This document shows positions 1 to 10,815 of a stretch of 64,000 nucleotides of DNA, piece by piece. Made by a program: the position numbers and the translations under genes. Source of the stretch: Balneolaceae bacterium. GTDB lineage: Bacteria > Bacteroidota > Rhodothermia > Balneolales > Balneolaceae. Every line of letters begins with the position of its first letter. The stretch's first letter is position 1. Where the stretch lies: contig JAXHMB010000003.1 in assembly GCA_034521755.1 (NCBI GenBank), positions 503,878 through 567,877 on the forward strand. The letters are read 5' to 3'. The notes below the pieces were generated by a model that was not told the origin of the DNA, made no database searches, and worked only from the letters and a program-made list of their open reading frames with translations.

Positions 1-1721
1 TTATTGTTCTATTTATATCTATAATTAGCAGCTCTGGTGAGCCGGAACCTTATATCAGAAGTAACTCTATTCTAAAAATGGAAATCAGTGGAAATTTACC
101 CGCACGGGCTATGCAAAATCCATTGGATGAATTCCTGAATCAAACTAATAATAGCGTATCAATAGAAACCTTGAAAGAAAATCTTTCGAAGGCAGCCGTG
201 CACGATAATATAAAAGGCGTGCTCCTTGAAATTGATTTTGTATCAGCGGGATGGGCTAACCTTGAAGAAGCTCATAGGGTTATTTCTGCCTTTCGGGACA
301 GCAGTGACAAGTTTATTTATGCAAAAACCAATGATATTGGCTATAACGAGCAAGGGTACTTTTTGGCCACGGCAGCTGACTCTGTATTCTCCCCTCCCGA
401 ATCCTTTTTTGAATTTGATGGATTCCTCAGCCAGATAACGTTTTATACCGGCTTGTTTGAGAAAATTGGCATTGAAGCTGAAATTGCACGCCACGGTAAA
501 TACAAAAGTGCTGTTGAACCTTATTACCAAAAAGAACTTTCGGAAGAAAGTGAATATCAGCTCAACCAACTTATAGGTAAAGTCAGTTCTACCTTTGTCA
601 ACGCTGTACATAAAAAATCCGGGAAAACAGTGGATGAAATTAATGCATTGTTGAATGAGCAGCCCCGGATGATGGTCAGTTTTGCCTATGAAAATAACCT
701 GGTTGACTCACTTCTTTATGACCACCAGCTGGAATCACTGGTTAAATCCAGGATAGGGATAGAACAAGATGAGAGCTTCCACATGGTTTCCAGCAGCAGA
801 TATGCCAAGGTATCGACACAGACAGCCGGACTTAAAACTGAAACTACCAGTGATAAAATCGCCGTTATTTATGCCTCCGGAATCATTTTGCCGGAATTAA
901 ACCAGGGTGCATTTGGCAACCAGCAGGGAATTACGGCCTCCTTTTTTGAAGAGCAGCTCAAGGAAGTTCGTGAAGATGATGATGTAAAAGCTCTGGTAAT
1001 CAGAGTCAACAGTCCGGGGGGCTCGGGTAGCACTTCTGACGAAATATGGAATATGATTGAGCAAACTAAAAAAGAAATGCCGGTTATTGTCTCTATGGGA
1101 CCAACCGCTGCCTCAGGCGGATATTATATTGCCATGGCTGCTGATTCTATTGTTGCTGAGCCCACTACAGTAACGGGCTCAATTGGTGTTTTCTCTACCA
1201 AGTTCAACGCTAAACAGCTCTTCAACGAAGAATTGGGGATTACATTCGATGAAGTGAAGTCACATAATCATGCCGACTGGCTGTTGCCCAGTGGAGGATT
1301 TTCACCGGCCGAAGAGAAAGCATTCCAACAGTTCGTTGATACGTTTTATGATACCTTCATCACCAAAGTAGCCAATGCAAGAGGCATGACGAAAGACGAG
1401 GTTGACAGCATTGCCCAGGGCCGCGTCTGGACAGGTGCAGATGCTAAAGAACAAAACCTGGTAGATGTTCTCGGAGGTATGGATAAGGCTCTTGCAATTG
1501 CTGCAGAAAAAGCCGGGATTGAGCAATATGATTTATCCATTTTACCCAAGAAGAAAGATTTACTCCAAATACTGATGGGTAATGCACAGGTAAAAGTTCA
1601 GTCGTTATTAGGTAACAGTTTATTGAATAATAATCAGCTAATGGAAGCAAACAATCACCTTAGAATACTTAAGCAACGTGGTGTATTAGCATTACTCCCT
1701 TACGAAATTGCAATTCAGTAG
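1..1721 (+). CDS. sppA: Signal peptide peptidase SppA, 67K two-domain S49 type; the 5' end runs off the window
   Basis: 547-aa ORF from nt 78. The frame stays open back to nt 3 and encodes a hydrophobic IVLFISII segment. Two S49/ClpP-like halves; the second has 'GPTAASGGYYIAMAAD'. Confidence 0.85.
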   Translation, partial: IVLFISIISSSGEPEPYIRSNSILKMEISGNLPARAMQNPLDEFLNQTNNSVSIETLKENLSKAAVHDNIKGVLLEIDFVSAGWANLEEAHRVISAFRDSSDKFIYAKTNDIGYNEQGYFLATAADSVFSPPESFFEFDGFLSQITFYTGLFEKIGIEAEIARHGKYKSAVEPYYQKELSEESEYQLNQLIGKVSSTFVNAVHKKSGKTVDEINALLNEQPRMMVSFAYENNLVDSLLYDHQLESLVKSRIGIEQDESFHMVSSSRYAKVSTQTAGLKTETTSDKIAVIYASGIILPELNQGAFGNQQGITASFFEEQLKEVREDDDVKALVIRVNSPGGSGSTSDEIWNMIEQTKKEMPVIVSMGPTAASGGYYIAMAADSIVAEPTTVTGSIGVFSTKFNAKQLFNEELGITFDEVKSHNHADWLLPSGGFSPAEEKAFQQFVDTFYDTFITKVANARGMTKDEVDSIAQGRVWTGADAKEQNLVDVLGGMDKALAIAAEKAGIEQYDLSILPKKKDLLQILMGNAQVKVQSLLGNSLLNNNQLMEANNHLRILKQRGVLALLPYEIAIQ

Positions 1722-1724
1722 CTT

Positions 1725-2570
1725 ATGAAAATTGGCAGGTTTACAGTAGAACAACTTAGTGAAGGACAGTTTGAATTTTTTCCTGATGGGACTATCAACA
1801 GGCAGCCAATTAATAAGGAGAAAGAAGACCTATCAAAGCTGATATCTAAGAAGTCTTCAGAACTGATTGGCATTAACCCAGTTTATATTACAGATGGCAC
1901 CTTCCACATATTATTGGATACAGGCCTTGGCTGGGGACTTGATTCGGGAAGTGCCTACAAAAACGTTTCCAATGTAGTTACAAACTTGGAAATATTTGGA
2001 GTTAAACCTTCTGACATCACCCATATAGTAATTAGTCATTTGCACTACGATCATTCTGCAGGCTCCAGCTTCACCAAAAGTGCCCAAACAGTTCCTACAT
2101 TTCCCAATGCTCGATACTATATTCAGCAATCTGAATGGGATTTTGCACTGAAACAGGTAGAGAATGGAGCGAAACACTCTAAATCGTACACTCCTGATGA
2201 TCTATACCGCCTTTATGCAGATTCATATTTTGAAATGATTGATGGTAAAGAAGAAATCATACCAGGCATAAATCTTATAAGTACAGGCGGACATACCCCC
2301 GGCCATCAAATCGTCAAAGTCCAAGATGGTGAAGATTGTGCCTACTTTTTGGGAGACTTGGTACCATCAGAAGATTATTTAAATCAACACCTCAGAAGCA
2401 ATAATGATGTTGATCCTCTTCAGACCAAAAAGGCTAAAACACTGATTCTTAAACAAGCACTCAAAGAAAAAGCCTTTATGTTATTTTATCATTCAATATA
2501 TACAGAGCCGGGCAGGCTAGCTCAAAACGAAAACAAAGAATTAATACTTAGAGGTATTAAAAAGAATTAA
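1725..2570 (+). CDS. MBL-fold metallo-hydrolase
   Basis: 281-aa ORF with the HxHxDH motif 'SHLHYDHSAG' and a later 'GGHTPGH'. Starts 4 nt after the sppA stop. Confidence 0.8.
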   Translation: MKIGRFTVEQLSEGQFEFFPDGTINRQPINKEKEDLSKLISKKSSELIGINPVYITDGTFHILLDTGLGWGLDSGSAYKNVSNVVTNLEIFGVKPSDITHIVISHLHYDHSAGSSFTKSAQTVPTFPNARYYIQQSEWDFALKQVENGAKHSKSYTPDDLYRLYADSYFEMIDGKEEIIPGINLISTGGHTPGHQIVKVQDGEDCAYFLGDLVPSEDYLNQHLRSNNDVDPLQTKKAKTLILKQALKEKAFMLFYHSIYTEPGRLAQNENKELILRGIKKN

Positions 2571-3642
2571 CTGATTTCTGAAAGTAATGTACGCGTTTCT
2601 TTTTCTTTTTGTCTGAATAGTGTCGCAACGTATAATTGACAACGCGCCCTATAAAAATTATGATCAGAAAAGTCTATCCGATAATAAATATTATCGTTCA
2701 GATAATCAGTCAAAAATCTTACTCCCATAATAAAAGCCATATAGAATCCAGCCTCTGGTATGCATATTCAATTCTTTACGGGTTAAAATACTCCCGGCAC
2801 CCTCCAGATAACCTCTTAGATATGACTTATATTTTGCTTCGGCAATACTGACTAACTCAAGGTTTTGTTCGTCTTCCTCTGCCGTTACAACGCCGCGACC
2901 TGACGCCATCTCCGACGTCAAAGAAAACATAACCCGGCATTACGGTATCCAGGTCAATAACCGCGTAGCCTTTTTCGTCTTTATCTAATAACACGTTGTT
3001 AAACTTCGTATCGTTATGTGTTACACGTAGAGGAAGATCCCCAGAGTCCGCTGATTGATAAAGATTGATAGCCAGTTTTTGGTACTCTTCAATCATGTTT
3101 ACCTGGTCTATGGCTTTTTCGATACGATGGGAATCTGCTTCAATTAATGCCTGGTTAAACTGCTTTAGACGGACATTAATATTATGAAAATCCTGAATTG
3201 TAATATGTAACTTTCGAGGGGAAAAATCTGACAAGTCCTTAAGAAACAAACCAAACATTTTAGCTGCTTCAAATGCCTGTTTCTTAGTTTCGGCCTTATC
3301 ATACGAACAGGCATCACCCAAGAATTCAAACACTCTCCAATATCTGTCTGCGTCTTTATAGAATAACCGACCTTGCAGAGTTGGAATAATGCGAAGCACC
3401 CCCTGATGATCTGAGCTCGCTTTTTCTTTAATGTGGCTTGTTACTTTACAGATGTTATCCATAAGGGCATCAACATCAGTAAATACTTTATGGTTAATCT
3501 TTTGCAAAAGATAATTCTTTTCATAACTCTCTTTTGTACTGACTTTGTAAGTTTTATTGATATGTCCCCCTCCAAATGGTTCAATCTTTTCAGGAACGCC
3601 GAATATCTGAAATTTTTCTACGATTTCAATAAGGTCAGACAT
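2567..3642 (-). pseudogene. Aminoglycoside-phosphotransferase-fold anomeric sugar kinase (AmgK/NahK-like), broken by two frame shifts
   Basis: N-terminal 261-aa ORF (2857..3642) has 'GGGHINKTYKV', 'LLQKINHKVF' and 'VTHNDTKFNNVLLD'. The reading continues in a second frame (2706..2930, 'AEEDEQNLELV..YLRGYLEGAG') and a third ('RFLTDYLNDNIYYR...') to a stop at 2567. Combined length is about 358 aa. Confidence 0.65.
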
Positions 3643-3645
3643 ATT

Positions 3646-4545
3646 TTATCCCACCAAACTTAAAGGATATATTCCTTGTCGATGCTGTTTCAATAGCTGT
3701 TTTCTAACATATTTTTTATCCTCGGCGTAAGTTACCCCAAACCATTCCGAAGAAGTTAGCAATACAGGAACCTTAACCCCCATATCAATCAATTCTTGTA
3801 ACACTTCAGGAACATAATATTCTGCCTTAAGGTCTTGTTTATTTTTTTTGCAGAAAGAAGCCAAGCCTTTTTCTATGATGCTAAAAACCGGAGGCGTAAA
3901 ACCAAGCAGATTCATAGATGCTATTTCCTGACCACTTAAATGATGAACCATGTTATCTTCTTCATAATAAATCTGATCAGTTTCTTTAATAATTTTAGTG
4001 CGTTCCTTAATTGAAATAAGATAACCGTCCTCATCCGTTTCACATATCCCTCTTGATACTGATCCATAAGGAGATAAAGTTTTTTCCAATTTATATCCTA
4101 TCATGCATGCAGCTATTTCCTCTTTTGATATTTCAGACAAATGCTGAGCCATTATGTTAAAAGAAGTCCTGCCATAGAAATCATCAGCATTAGCCATTGC
4201 AAATGGTTGGTCAACAACATCTCGGCAAACCCATAGAGCATGTGCTGTACCCCATGGCTTATTACGGCGTGCCGGTGGAGTCAACCCCAGGGGCAGGTCA
4301 GTCAATTCCTGGAAAACAATTTCTGTATCAATATCAGAATTAATGCGGTTCAGAATAGATTCTCTGAAATCGTCCTCCATATTTTTTCTTATCACAAATA
4401 CTACTTTCCCAAATCCGGCTTTTATCGCATCAAATATGGTATAATCCATGATAGTTTCACCAAAAGGGCCAACAGTATCGAACTGTTTTAGCCCCCCATA
4501 CCTGCTACCCATCCCGGCTGCCAAAATAATGAGTGTAGGCTTCAT
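3646..4545 (-). CDS. Sugar-1-phosphate nucleotidyltransferase (MurU/GlmU-N-like NTP transferase)
   Basis: Real start is probably ATG 4545, 'MKPTLIILAAGMGSRYGGLKQ' (the G-x-G-x-R nucleotidyltransferase loop). The longer 400-aa ORF extension overlaps the upstream gene. Ends 4 nt before the kinase start. Confidence 0.75.
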   Translation of the reverse strand: MKPTLIILAAGMGSRYGGLKQFDTVGPFGETIMDYTIFDAIKAGFGKVVFVIRKNMEDDFRESILNRINSDIDTEIVFQELTDLPLGLTPPARRNKPWGTAHALWVCRDVVDQPFAMANADDFYGRTSFNIMAQHLSEISKEEIAACMIGYKLEKTLSPYGSVSRGICETDEDGYLISIKERTKIIKETDQIYYEEDNMVHHLSGQEIASMNLLGFTPPVFSIIEKGLASFCKKNKQDLKAEYYVPEVLQELIDMGVKVPVLLTSSEWFGVTYAEDKKYVRKQLLKQHRQGIYPLSLVG

Positions 4546-4552
4546 AAGATTT

Positions 4553-5909
4553 CTACAGTTCTCCAATTCCAAAAATCGGCTCCCGGGTAACCCATTGTCC
4601 CTCAGTGAAGTCAGGAATAGATTGAGGAGCTCCTCCATTTTGAATAGAGATTTGGGATAGCGGCGTAATGGATCGCAACACAGCACCATCATAAACATCC
4701 AATACAGGAGCTTTTTCCTGGCGAACACTTTCCACAAAAGCACGGTCCAAAAAGTAGTCCATACCCCCATGGCCTCCACCTTCTGCGATTTCAGCATATT
4801 TTTTCCACAAATGATGATCATATTTTTCCAACCATTTTGCAGCATCATCCCATCGATGTGGATCCGACTTTCCCTCTACATAAATCCTGCGAGTATGATA
4901 GTCAAAATCGGTCAACCCGTTTACTCCCTGAACTCTGAATCCGAGTGAATAAGGCCTTGCCGTATTGGTGTCATGCGTAAGGATAATCGTTTCACCCCTC
5001 GCAGTTTGAATTGTTGATGTAACAATATCTCCCAACTCCCAATTTATATCATAATAGGGATGATCTTCTCCACCCTTGGGATGCTCCTTAATGTAATTTT
5101 TAAGTGATCTGGACTTTGTTGCCACCGACGAAATACTTGTTAGCCTGTTACCTCGGTTCATATCTGCCATTGTTCCTATTGGACCTAGTCCATGAGTTGG
5201 ATATAAATCTGCATTTCTACTTTTAGAATGATTGGTACGCCAGCGTGCTTCGCCATAGGCTCCAGAACCCTCTCCAAAAGCAAGTCCCCCTTCACCATCA
5301 TTAAACTTAATAGCTCTCAGATCGTGCAAGTATCCCCCTCTAAAATGAAGCAGTTCGCCAAATACATCATCCCGCACCATGTTTAGTACAGCCATTACGT
5401 CCCTGCGATAGCATACGTTTTCAAGGAACATAAGGTGAGTACCCGTTCTCCTGGTGTGTATTGACCAGCTCCCAGCACTCTTCAACAGAGAAAGCTCCGG
5501 AAACTTCTGATCCCACATAAATACCCTCTTCCATTGCCTTGATACAGATAGGAGTATGCCATTTCCAATCTGTAGCCATAATCACTCCATCCAGATCTTC
5601 TTTTTCAAGCATCTCTTCATACGAGCGCTCATGCTCAGAATAAACCTTGGGAGATTCCAGTCCTTTTTCTTCGAAAATTTTCTGAGTTTGTTTAACTGCT
5701 TCAGGGTCAATATCACAAATAACCGGACACTCAACCCCTTCATAATCCAGGATATTACTAACATGATTCCTACCTCTCAGCCCCGTACCAATAAAACCTA
5801 TTCGTATGGTATTGTCCACCTTCTTGTTAGCACGCAAGACGTACGGAGCTCCTAAAATAGTTCCAGCTGTAGCTAATGATCCCGTTTTAATAAATGTTTT
5901 CCTATCCAT
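4553..5909 (-). pseudogene. Gfo/Idh/MocA NAD-dependent oxidoreductase-fold glycosidase (GH109-like), one frame shift
   Basis: ORF 5421..5909 has a Tat-like signal 'MDRKTFIKTGSLATAGTILGAPYVLRA' and a Rossmann motif 'IGFIGTGLRGRNH'. The C-terminal 321-aa ORF (4553..5518) overlaps it by ~100 nt in another frame. Combined length is about 452 aa. Confidence 0.65.
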
Positions 5910-5918
5910 AATATTATA

Positions 5919-7721
5919 TTATTCCATGTTTAGCTTTGGCCATAATTTCATTAATGAGTATATGCAGCCCACAACCATCACTGCCAGTATGCTGCCAAAA
6001 AGAAGATTACCATACAGGAAATTGCCTATTGCAAAAAGGGAACCATAAACTCCCAGACATCCAAGTAAGACACTGAGTAAACTGCTTGGCATATCCCATT
6101 TATGTTCCATTTGTTTTAAATCGATACCTCTTTCTGAAGCCACTTCATTAACTTTCCTCCAGCCCGGTCCACCGGGATTCACTTCCTTGCAAAATGCTAT
6201 CAGCACATCCATTGACTCTGGCTTTGTCACAAAAGTAGTAATCACCCAAACTACCGTTGTTACAGCAACAGCTATCAATAGTTTAACGGAAGAAGCATTT
6301 AAAAGAGTAGTAGCTACTGCTTCGTCCGGCACTGCAAACACAAGGATAAAAGCCATAAGAGTAGCAGATACCATCGCCGCTATTTCTGTCACCGCATTAA
6401 TGCGCCACCAAAACCATCGCAACAGGTAAATAGCACCTGATCCAGCTCCCGAGAGCAATAAAATATCGAAGGCCTGGGTAGCATCTTCTAATATAGTAAG
6501 TGCCAGTATGGCTGATAGAATCATCAGCACTGCCGTTGATATTTGTCCCACCAACACCTGTTCTTTTTCGGTAGCTTCCGGGCGGATGAATCGCTCATAA
6601 AAATCATTAACAATATACGAGGCACCCCAATTAAGGTGGGTACTTAGTGTGGACATCACTGCCGCAATCAGAGATGCTACAACCAAGCCAAGCCAGCCGG
6701 CTCCGAGTTTTGTAAGCATTACAGGATAGGCGACATCATCTTTTAAATATTGATCTGTAATATTGGGGAATTCAGATTTTATGGAACCCAAGTCCGGATA
6801 TAAAATAATGGATGCAAGTGCCACGATAATCCACGGCCAGGGACGCACCGCATAGTGTGCAAAGTTAAAAAGCAACGTAGCGCCGACAGCATTTTTTTCG
6901 TCTTTTGCAGCCAGCATACGCTGGGCAATATATCCGCCTCCCCCCGGCTCCGCACCGGGATACCAAACGGCCCACCACTGTACTGCTATAGGAATAATAA
7001 ACATGGTTACTAAAACAGATGGATCAGACACATCAGGCATAATACTAAGCTTTCCCTGAAGTGCGGGATGATTAAATAGATTTGACAGTGAGCCTATCTC
7101 AGGCTGACTAACAGCTACATAAGCTGCATAAAGAGCCCCTACTGTTGCTATCCCATATTGGAAGAAGTCAGTCCAGATGACTCCCTTAATTCCTCCCAGT
7201 GATGAATATATAATGACCACCAAGCTTACAATGAGCACCACAGTAAATGGCTGGAGGTTCAGCATAACACCTCCAATTTTAATCGCAGCCAGTGTTACGG
7301 TACCCATAATCAGACAATTGAAAAAGATACCCAGATACAAAGCTCTGAATCCTCTTAAAAAAGACGCAGCCTTGCCTCCATATCGTAATTCATAAAGTCC
7401 AAGATCTGTCGTAACTCCCGACCGTCTCCAAAGTTTGGCATAAATAAAAACAGTAACCATGCCGGTAATAAGAAAAGCCCACCAGGCCCAGTTTCTTGCA
7501 ACCCCTCCTTCTCTCACAAAACCGGTAACTAAATTGGGAGTGTCAGCAGAAAATGTTGTCGCCACCATTGAAATGCCCAACAGCCACCAGGGCATTGAGC
7601 GGCCTCCCAAAAAATACTGTTTAGTATTTTTACCGGCTGTCTTTGAAGTGATCCATCCAATAGCCAATACAATAACAAAGAAAACAGCAATGATACCCCA
7701 ATCCAGATCCGATAATACCAT
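5919..7721 (-). CDS. Sodium:solute symporter (SSS) family transporter
   Basis: 600-aa polytopic membrane ORF with an SSS-like N-terminus 'YFLGGRSMPWWLLGISMVATTFSADTP'. Confidence 0.8.
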   Translation of the reverse strand: MVLSDLDWGIIAVFFVIVLAIGWITSKTAGKNTKQYFLGGRSMPWWLLGISMVATTFSADTPNLVTGFVREGGVARNWAWWAFLITGMVTVFIYAKLWRRSGVTTDLGLYELRYGGKAASFLRGFRALYLGIFFNCLIMGTVTLAAIKIGGVMLNLQPFTVVLIVSLVVIIYSSLGGIKGVIWTDFFQYGIATVGALYAAYVAVSQPEIGSLSNLFNHPALQGKLSIMPDVSDPSVLVTMFIIPIAVQWWAVWYPGAEPGGGGYIAQRMLAAKDEKNAVGATLLFNFAHYAVRPWPWIIVALASIILYPDLGSIKSEFPNITDQYLKDDVAYPVMLTKLGAGWLGLVVASLIAAVMSTLSTHLNWGASYIVNDFYERFIRPEATEKEQVLVGQISTAVLMILSAILALTILEDATQAFDILLLSGAGSGAIYLLRWFWWRINAVTEIAAMVSATLMAFILVFAVPDEAVATTLLNASSVKLLIAVAVTTVVWVITTFVTKPESMDVLIAFCKEVNPGGPGWRKVNEVASERGIDLKQMEHKWDMPSSLLSVLLGCLGVYGSLFAIGNFLYGNLLFGSILAVMVVGCIYSLMKLWPKLNME

Positions 7722-7828
7722 GTAAGGCCGATTAATTTTAAGCGTTGCCGAGAATTCTACTCAGCTAGGATATCTGATCTGAGGCAAAAATGCCAAAAAA
7801 ATATAGATATAGAGAAATGCGGAAAGCG

Positions 7829-9334
7829 CTACTGTTTGTTCATCGAAATGAGAAACTCTTCATTGTCTTTTGTGCCTTTCATCTTGTCGAGCAGAAACTC
7901 CATAGCCTCAAAAGCATTCATGCGATTGAGATACCGACGAAGCAGTACCACCTTTTCGCGCTCCGTTTCAGGCACAATAAGTTCTTCACGACGGGTTCCA
8001 CTCTTAAAGACATCAATAGCCGGGAAAATACGACGGTCAGAAAGATTACGATCCAGGACAATTTCCATATTACCGGTTCCCTTAAACTCCTCAAAGATCA
8101 GGTCATCCATACGAGAGCCCGTTTGTACGAGCGCTGTGGCCAGTATAGAAAGACTTCCGCCATTTTCTACATTACGAGCAGAACTAAATAGCTGACGTGG
8201 TTCTTTAAGTGCTTCAGAATCTACACCACCTGACATTGTACGACCGGAATTGGGTGCACAAATATTATACGCACGGGCCAATCGTGTAATAGAATCCATC
8301 AGAACCAATACATCGTGTCCACTTTCGACAAGTCGCTTTGATTTTTCAAAAACGATTTCTGAAAGCCCGATATGATTCTCCGGCTTCTCATCAAATGTAG
8401 AAGCAACAACTTCGGCATTTTGCACGGTACGCTCCATCTCCGTTACCTCTTCAGGCCGTTCATCAATAAGCAGAATTATAACCTTCGTTTCAGGATTATT
8501 ATCATTTACTGCATTGGCGATATCACGCAAAATAGTAGTCTTACCTGTTTTAGGCTGAGCAACGATAAGGCCTCTCTGCCCCTTGCCAAGCGGAGCAAAC
8601 ATATCTACAACACGAGTGGTGTATTCATTCGATTTATGCTCGAGTTTAAAACGCTCATTAGGATATATAGGAAGCAAGTCTTCAAAATCCTCACGATTAT
8701 CCATATCGTGCGGTATTTTGCCATTAACCCCATCCACCCGCAACAGGGCAAAATAACGCTCACCTACTTTAGGAGGACGAATAATACCAATCACACAATC
8801 GCCCTGTTTTAATCTAAATCGCTTAATTTGTGAAGGGGAAACGTAGATATCGTCCGGGCTGGCCTTATAATTATAGTTCACAGACCTCAGAAAGCCATAA
8901 CCATCAGGGAGAATTTCAAGTGTACCTTCCTGGATAATATATGGGCCTAAGTCATCCTCAATTTCTTCAAGGCGTTCAGCCAAAGTGGGAGCATCCGATT
9001 CCGGCAGGATATTATGAACACTGTTTTTCTTCTTTTTCTTTTTTCTGCCAGAATTTGAGCTTCGAGAATTGCGGTTATTATTTCCGTTACTCCCGGTATC
9101 ATAGGGCTGTGTGTGATGAGTACCGTCCTGCTGCTTTTCCTTCTCATCCACCTCAGAAAGCACTTTCGAACCTTCTTCAACAGATTTCTTGATACGATCA
9201 ATAAGCTCATGCTTTCGAAGACCCGAAGGCTTAATACCCTGGCTGCGAGCCAGCTCTTGGAGCTCCTTGACCGATTTTTTTTCAAGGGATTTTAAATTTT
9301 CAATGGTTATTCCATCGGTTTGGTTATCCGACAT
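7829..9334 (-). CDS. rho: Transcription termination factor Rho with a low-complexity N-terminal insertion
   Basis: 501 aa. Has '[10 protein letters not shown]' in the RNA-binding domain, Walker A 'AQPKTGKTT', and a conserved C-terminus '[19 protein letters not shown]'. An extra N/S/K-rich stretch lies between the N-terminal helix bundle and the cold-shock-like domain. Confidence 0.95.
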   Translation of the reverse strand: MSDNQTDGITIENLKSLEKKSVKELQELARSQGIKPSGLRKHELIDRIKKSVEEGSKVLSEVDEKEKQQDGTHHTQPYDTGSNGNNNRNSRSSNSGRKKKKKKNSVHNILPESDAPTLAERLEEIEDDLGPYIIQEGTLEILPDGYGFLRSVNYNYKASPDDIYVSPSQIKRFRLKQGDCVIGIIRPPKVGERYFALLRVDGVNGKIPHDMDNREDFEDLLPIYPNERFKLEHKSNEYTTRVVDMFAPLGKGQRGLIVAQPKTGKTTILRDIANAVNDNNPETKVIILLIDERPEEVTEMERTVQNAEVVASTFDEKPENHIGLSEIVFEKSKRLVESGHDVLVLMDSITRLARAYNICAPNSGRTMSGGVDSEALKEPRQLFSSARNVENGGSLSILATALVQTGSRMDDLIFEEFKGTGNMEIVLDRNLSDRRIFPAIDVFKSGTRREELIVPETEREKVVLLRRYLNRMNAFEAMEFLLDKMKGTKDNEEFLISMNKQ

Positions 9335-9448
9335 AATGATCTAGGTAATGCGTTTTATTGAGATGAATAAAGGTTCTAAAAGTCTTATACAATGCTGTAA
9401 AAGAATTGATCTACTCAGGTAAATTTGGAAGAATCAAGTAGATAAGAA

Positions 9449-10789
9449 TTAACGATTGGTGGCAAATGCTTTCACCCATCGATCAACCGTTGAGTAAAAG
9501 TAAAAACTTCCTGCAAAAATTACTAATTCTGATTCAAATTCTTCAAATAACTTCTGTTGAAGCTCTTTCTTTACAGGCATTATACTAAAATCAGGGAGGT
9601 ATTGACGTACTGTATCAACAGATGCTGCCCGATTTGACTCTGTTGTATGATAAAATATTTTCTTGAATTCCGAAAATTCTTTTCCAACTTCTGAACTTAG
9701 CTTATCCTCCATAATAGAAAGCACTAAAATCGTGTCCTTAACCGGCTTGATGGTTTGTACCATAGCTTTCATCGCACGTACCGCTTCAATGTTATGTGCC
9801 CCATCAAAGTACCAGTCATAATTTTCATTCAGCTTCTCAAACCGACCTTTATTGGGATACATTTCTGCACTCTTATTAATTCCCTCTGCGAGGGAAGCTG
9901 ACGTTATAGGAAACCTTTTTTGAAGTACTTTAGCTACTTGCCAAGTCATGGCAATATTATAAGCCTGAACAGGTGATATACAGCCCGGGCTAAATGTAAT
10001 TTCTTCATTGCCATCTTTGATAGAATAAATCCCGGAGTCAAAGCCTGGGGCAAGTTCCGAAGAGCGGAATACTTCGGCATTCTTATCCGTTGCAATTTCA
10101 TCAATAACATTTTTGGCCGCTCTTTCTAAATGACCGATAATAACAGGTGTATCTTGTTTAATGATTCCTGCTTTTTCAGCTGCAATCTCTTCAATAGTTT
10201 CCCCTAAAAGATCGGTATGGTCAAGCGCAATACTTGTAATAACTGAAACCATTGGAGTGATAATATTTGTGGCATCCAGCCGCCCTCCCAAACCTGTTTC
10301 TATAATTGCCAGATCTACATCCTGTTTGTTAAACCACCAGAAAGCAATGGCTGTGCTCAGTTCAAAATAAGTAAGATCAGATTGATTAATCTGACGCTCA
10401 TTTCCATAAAAAAATGAAGCCAATTCCTGATCTGTTATCTGGCAACCATCTATTACAAATCGTTCTTTAAAATCTTCAAGATGAGGAGACGTGTACAGCC
10501 CAACTTTATAGCCTGCTTTTTGATAAACAGATGCTAATAATCGACAAGTACTCCCCTTCCCATTTGTCCCCGCTACATGAACGTAGTTTCCTTCTCTGTG
10601 AGGACCGCCGATATCATCACAAAACTGACGGAATTTTTGAAGATTAAATCTGGCAGCTTTATTCCCCTCGGACTGAAACTTGGGGATAGCCTCCAAATAG
10701 CCATACACATCTTCTATATCATTAAACAGCATTCGGGAAATCATGGGTTCAAATTTCATTCTTAATGTTAAGGTATGTACTTTAACCAT
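9449..10789 (-). CDS. folC: Bifunctional folylpolyglutamate synthase / dihydrofolate synthase
   Basis: 446-aa ORF with the Mur-ligase P-loop 'HVAGTNGKGST' and 'GLGGRLDATN'. The true start may be an internal Met (10759 or 10744). Confidence 0.85.
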   Translation of the reverse strand: MVKVHTLTLRMKFEPMISRMLFNDIEDVYGYLEAIPKFQSEGNKAARFNLQKFRQFCDDIGGPHREGNYVHVAGTNGKGSTCRLLASVYQKAGYKVGLYTSPHLEDFKERFVIDGCQITDQELASFFYGNERQINQSDLTYFELSTAIAFWWFNKQDVDLAIIETGLGGRLDATNIITPMVSVITSIALDHTDLLGETIEEIAAEKAGIIKQDTPVIIGHLERAAKNVIDEIATDKNAEVFRSSELAPGFDSGIYSIKDGNEEITFSPGCISPVQAYNIAMTWQVAKVLQKRFPITSASLAEGINKSAEMYPNKGRFEKLNENYDWYFDGAHNIEAVRAMKAMVQTIKPVKDTILVLSIMEDKLSSEVGKEFSEFKKIFYHTTESNRAASVDTVRQYLPDFSIMPVKKELQQKLFEEFESELVIFAGSFYFYSTVDRWVKAFATNR

Positions 10790-10815
10790 GTTTTAGAAAT
10801 GACCAGATTAAAAAT

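Noticed and set aside
3646-4848. 400-aa ORF suggesting a much longer nucleotidyltransferase that overlaps the GH109-like gene
   Set aside because: The first 101 residues have no recognisable nucleotidyltransferase similarity and overlap the C-terminus of the upstream gene. The canonical 'MKPTLIILAAGMGSRYGG' start at 4545 sits right after that gene's stop.
7790-8812. Three plus-strand ORFs of 119-146 aa opposite rho
   Set aside because: They lie entirely within the well-supported rho CDS on the other strand and have no domain signatures.
9020-9050. The A-rich K6 run (ttcttctttttcttttttct on the plus strand) in rho as a slippery or programmed-frameshift site
   Set aside because: The rho frame is continuous through it and conserved domains lie on both sides. 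It is just the lysine tract of the low-complexity insertion.
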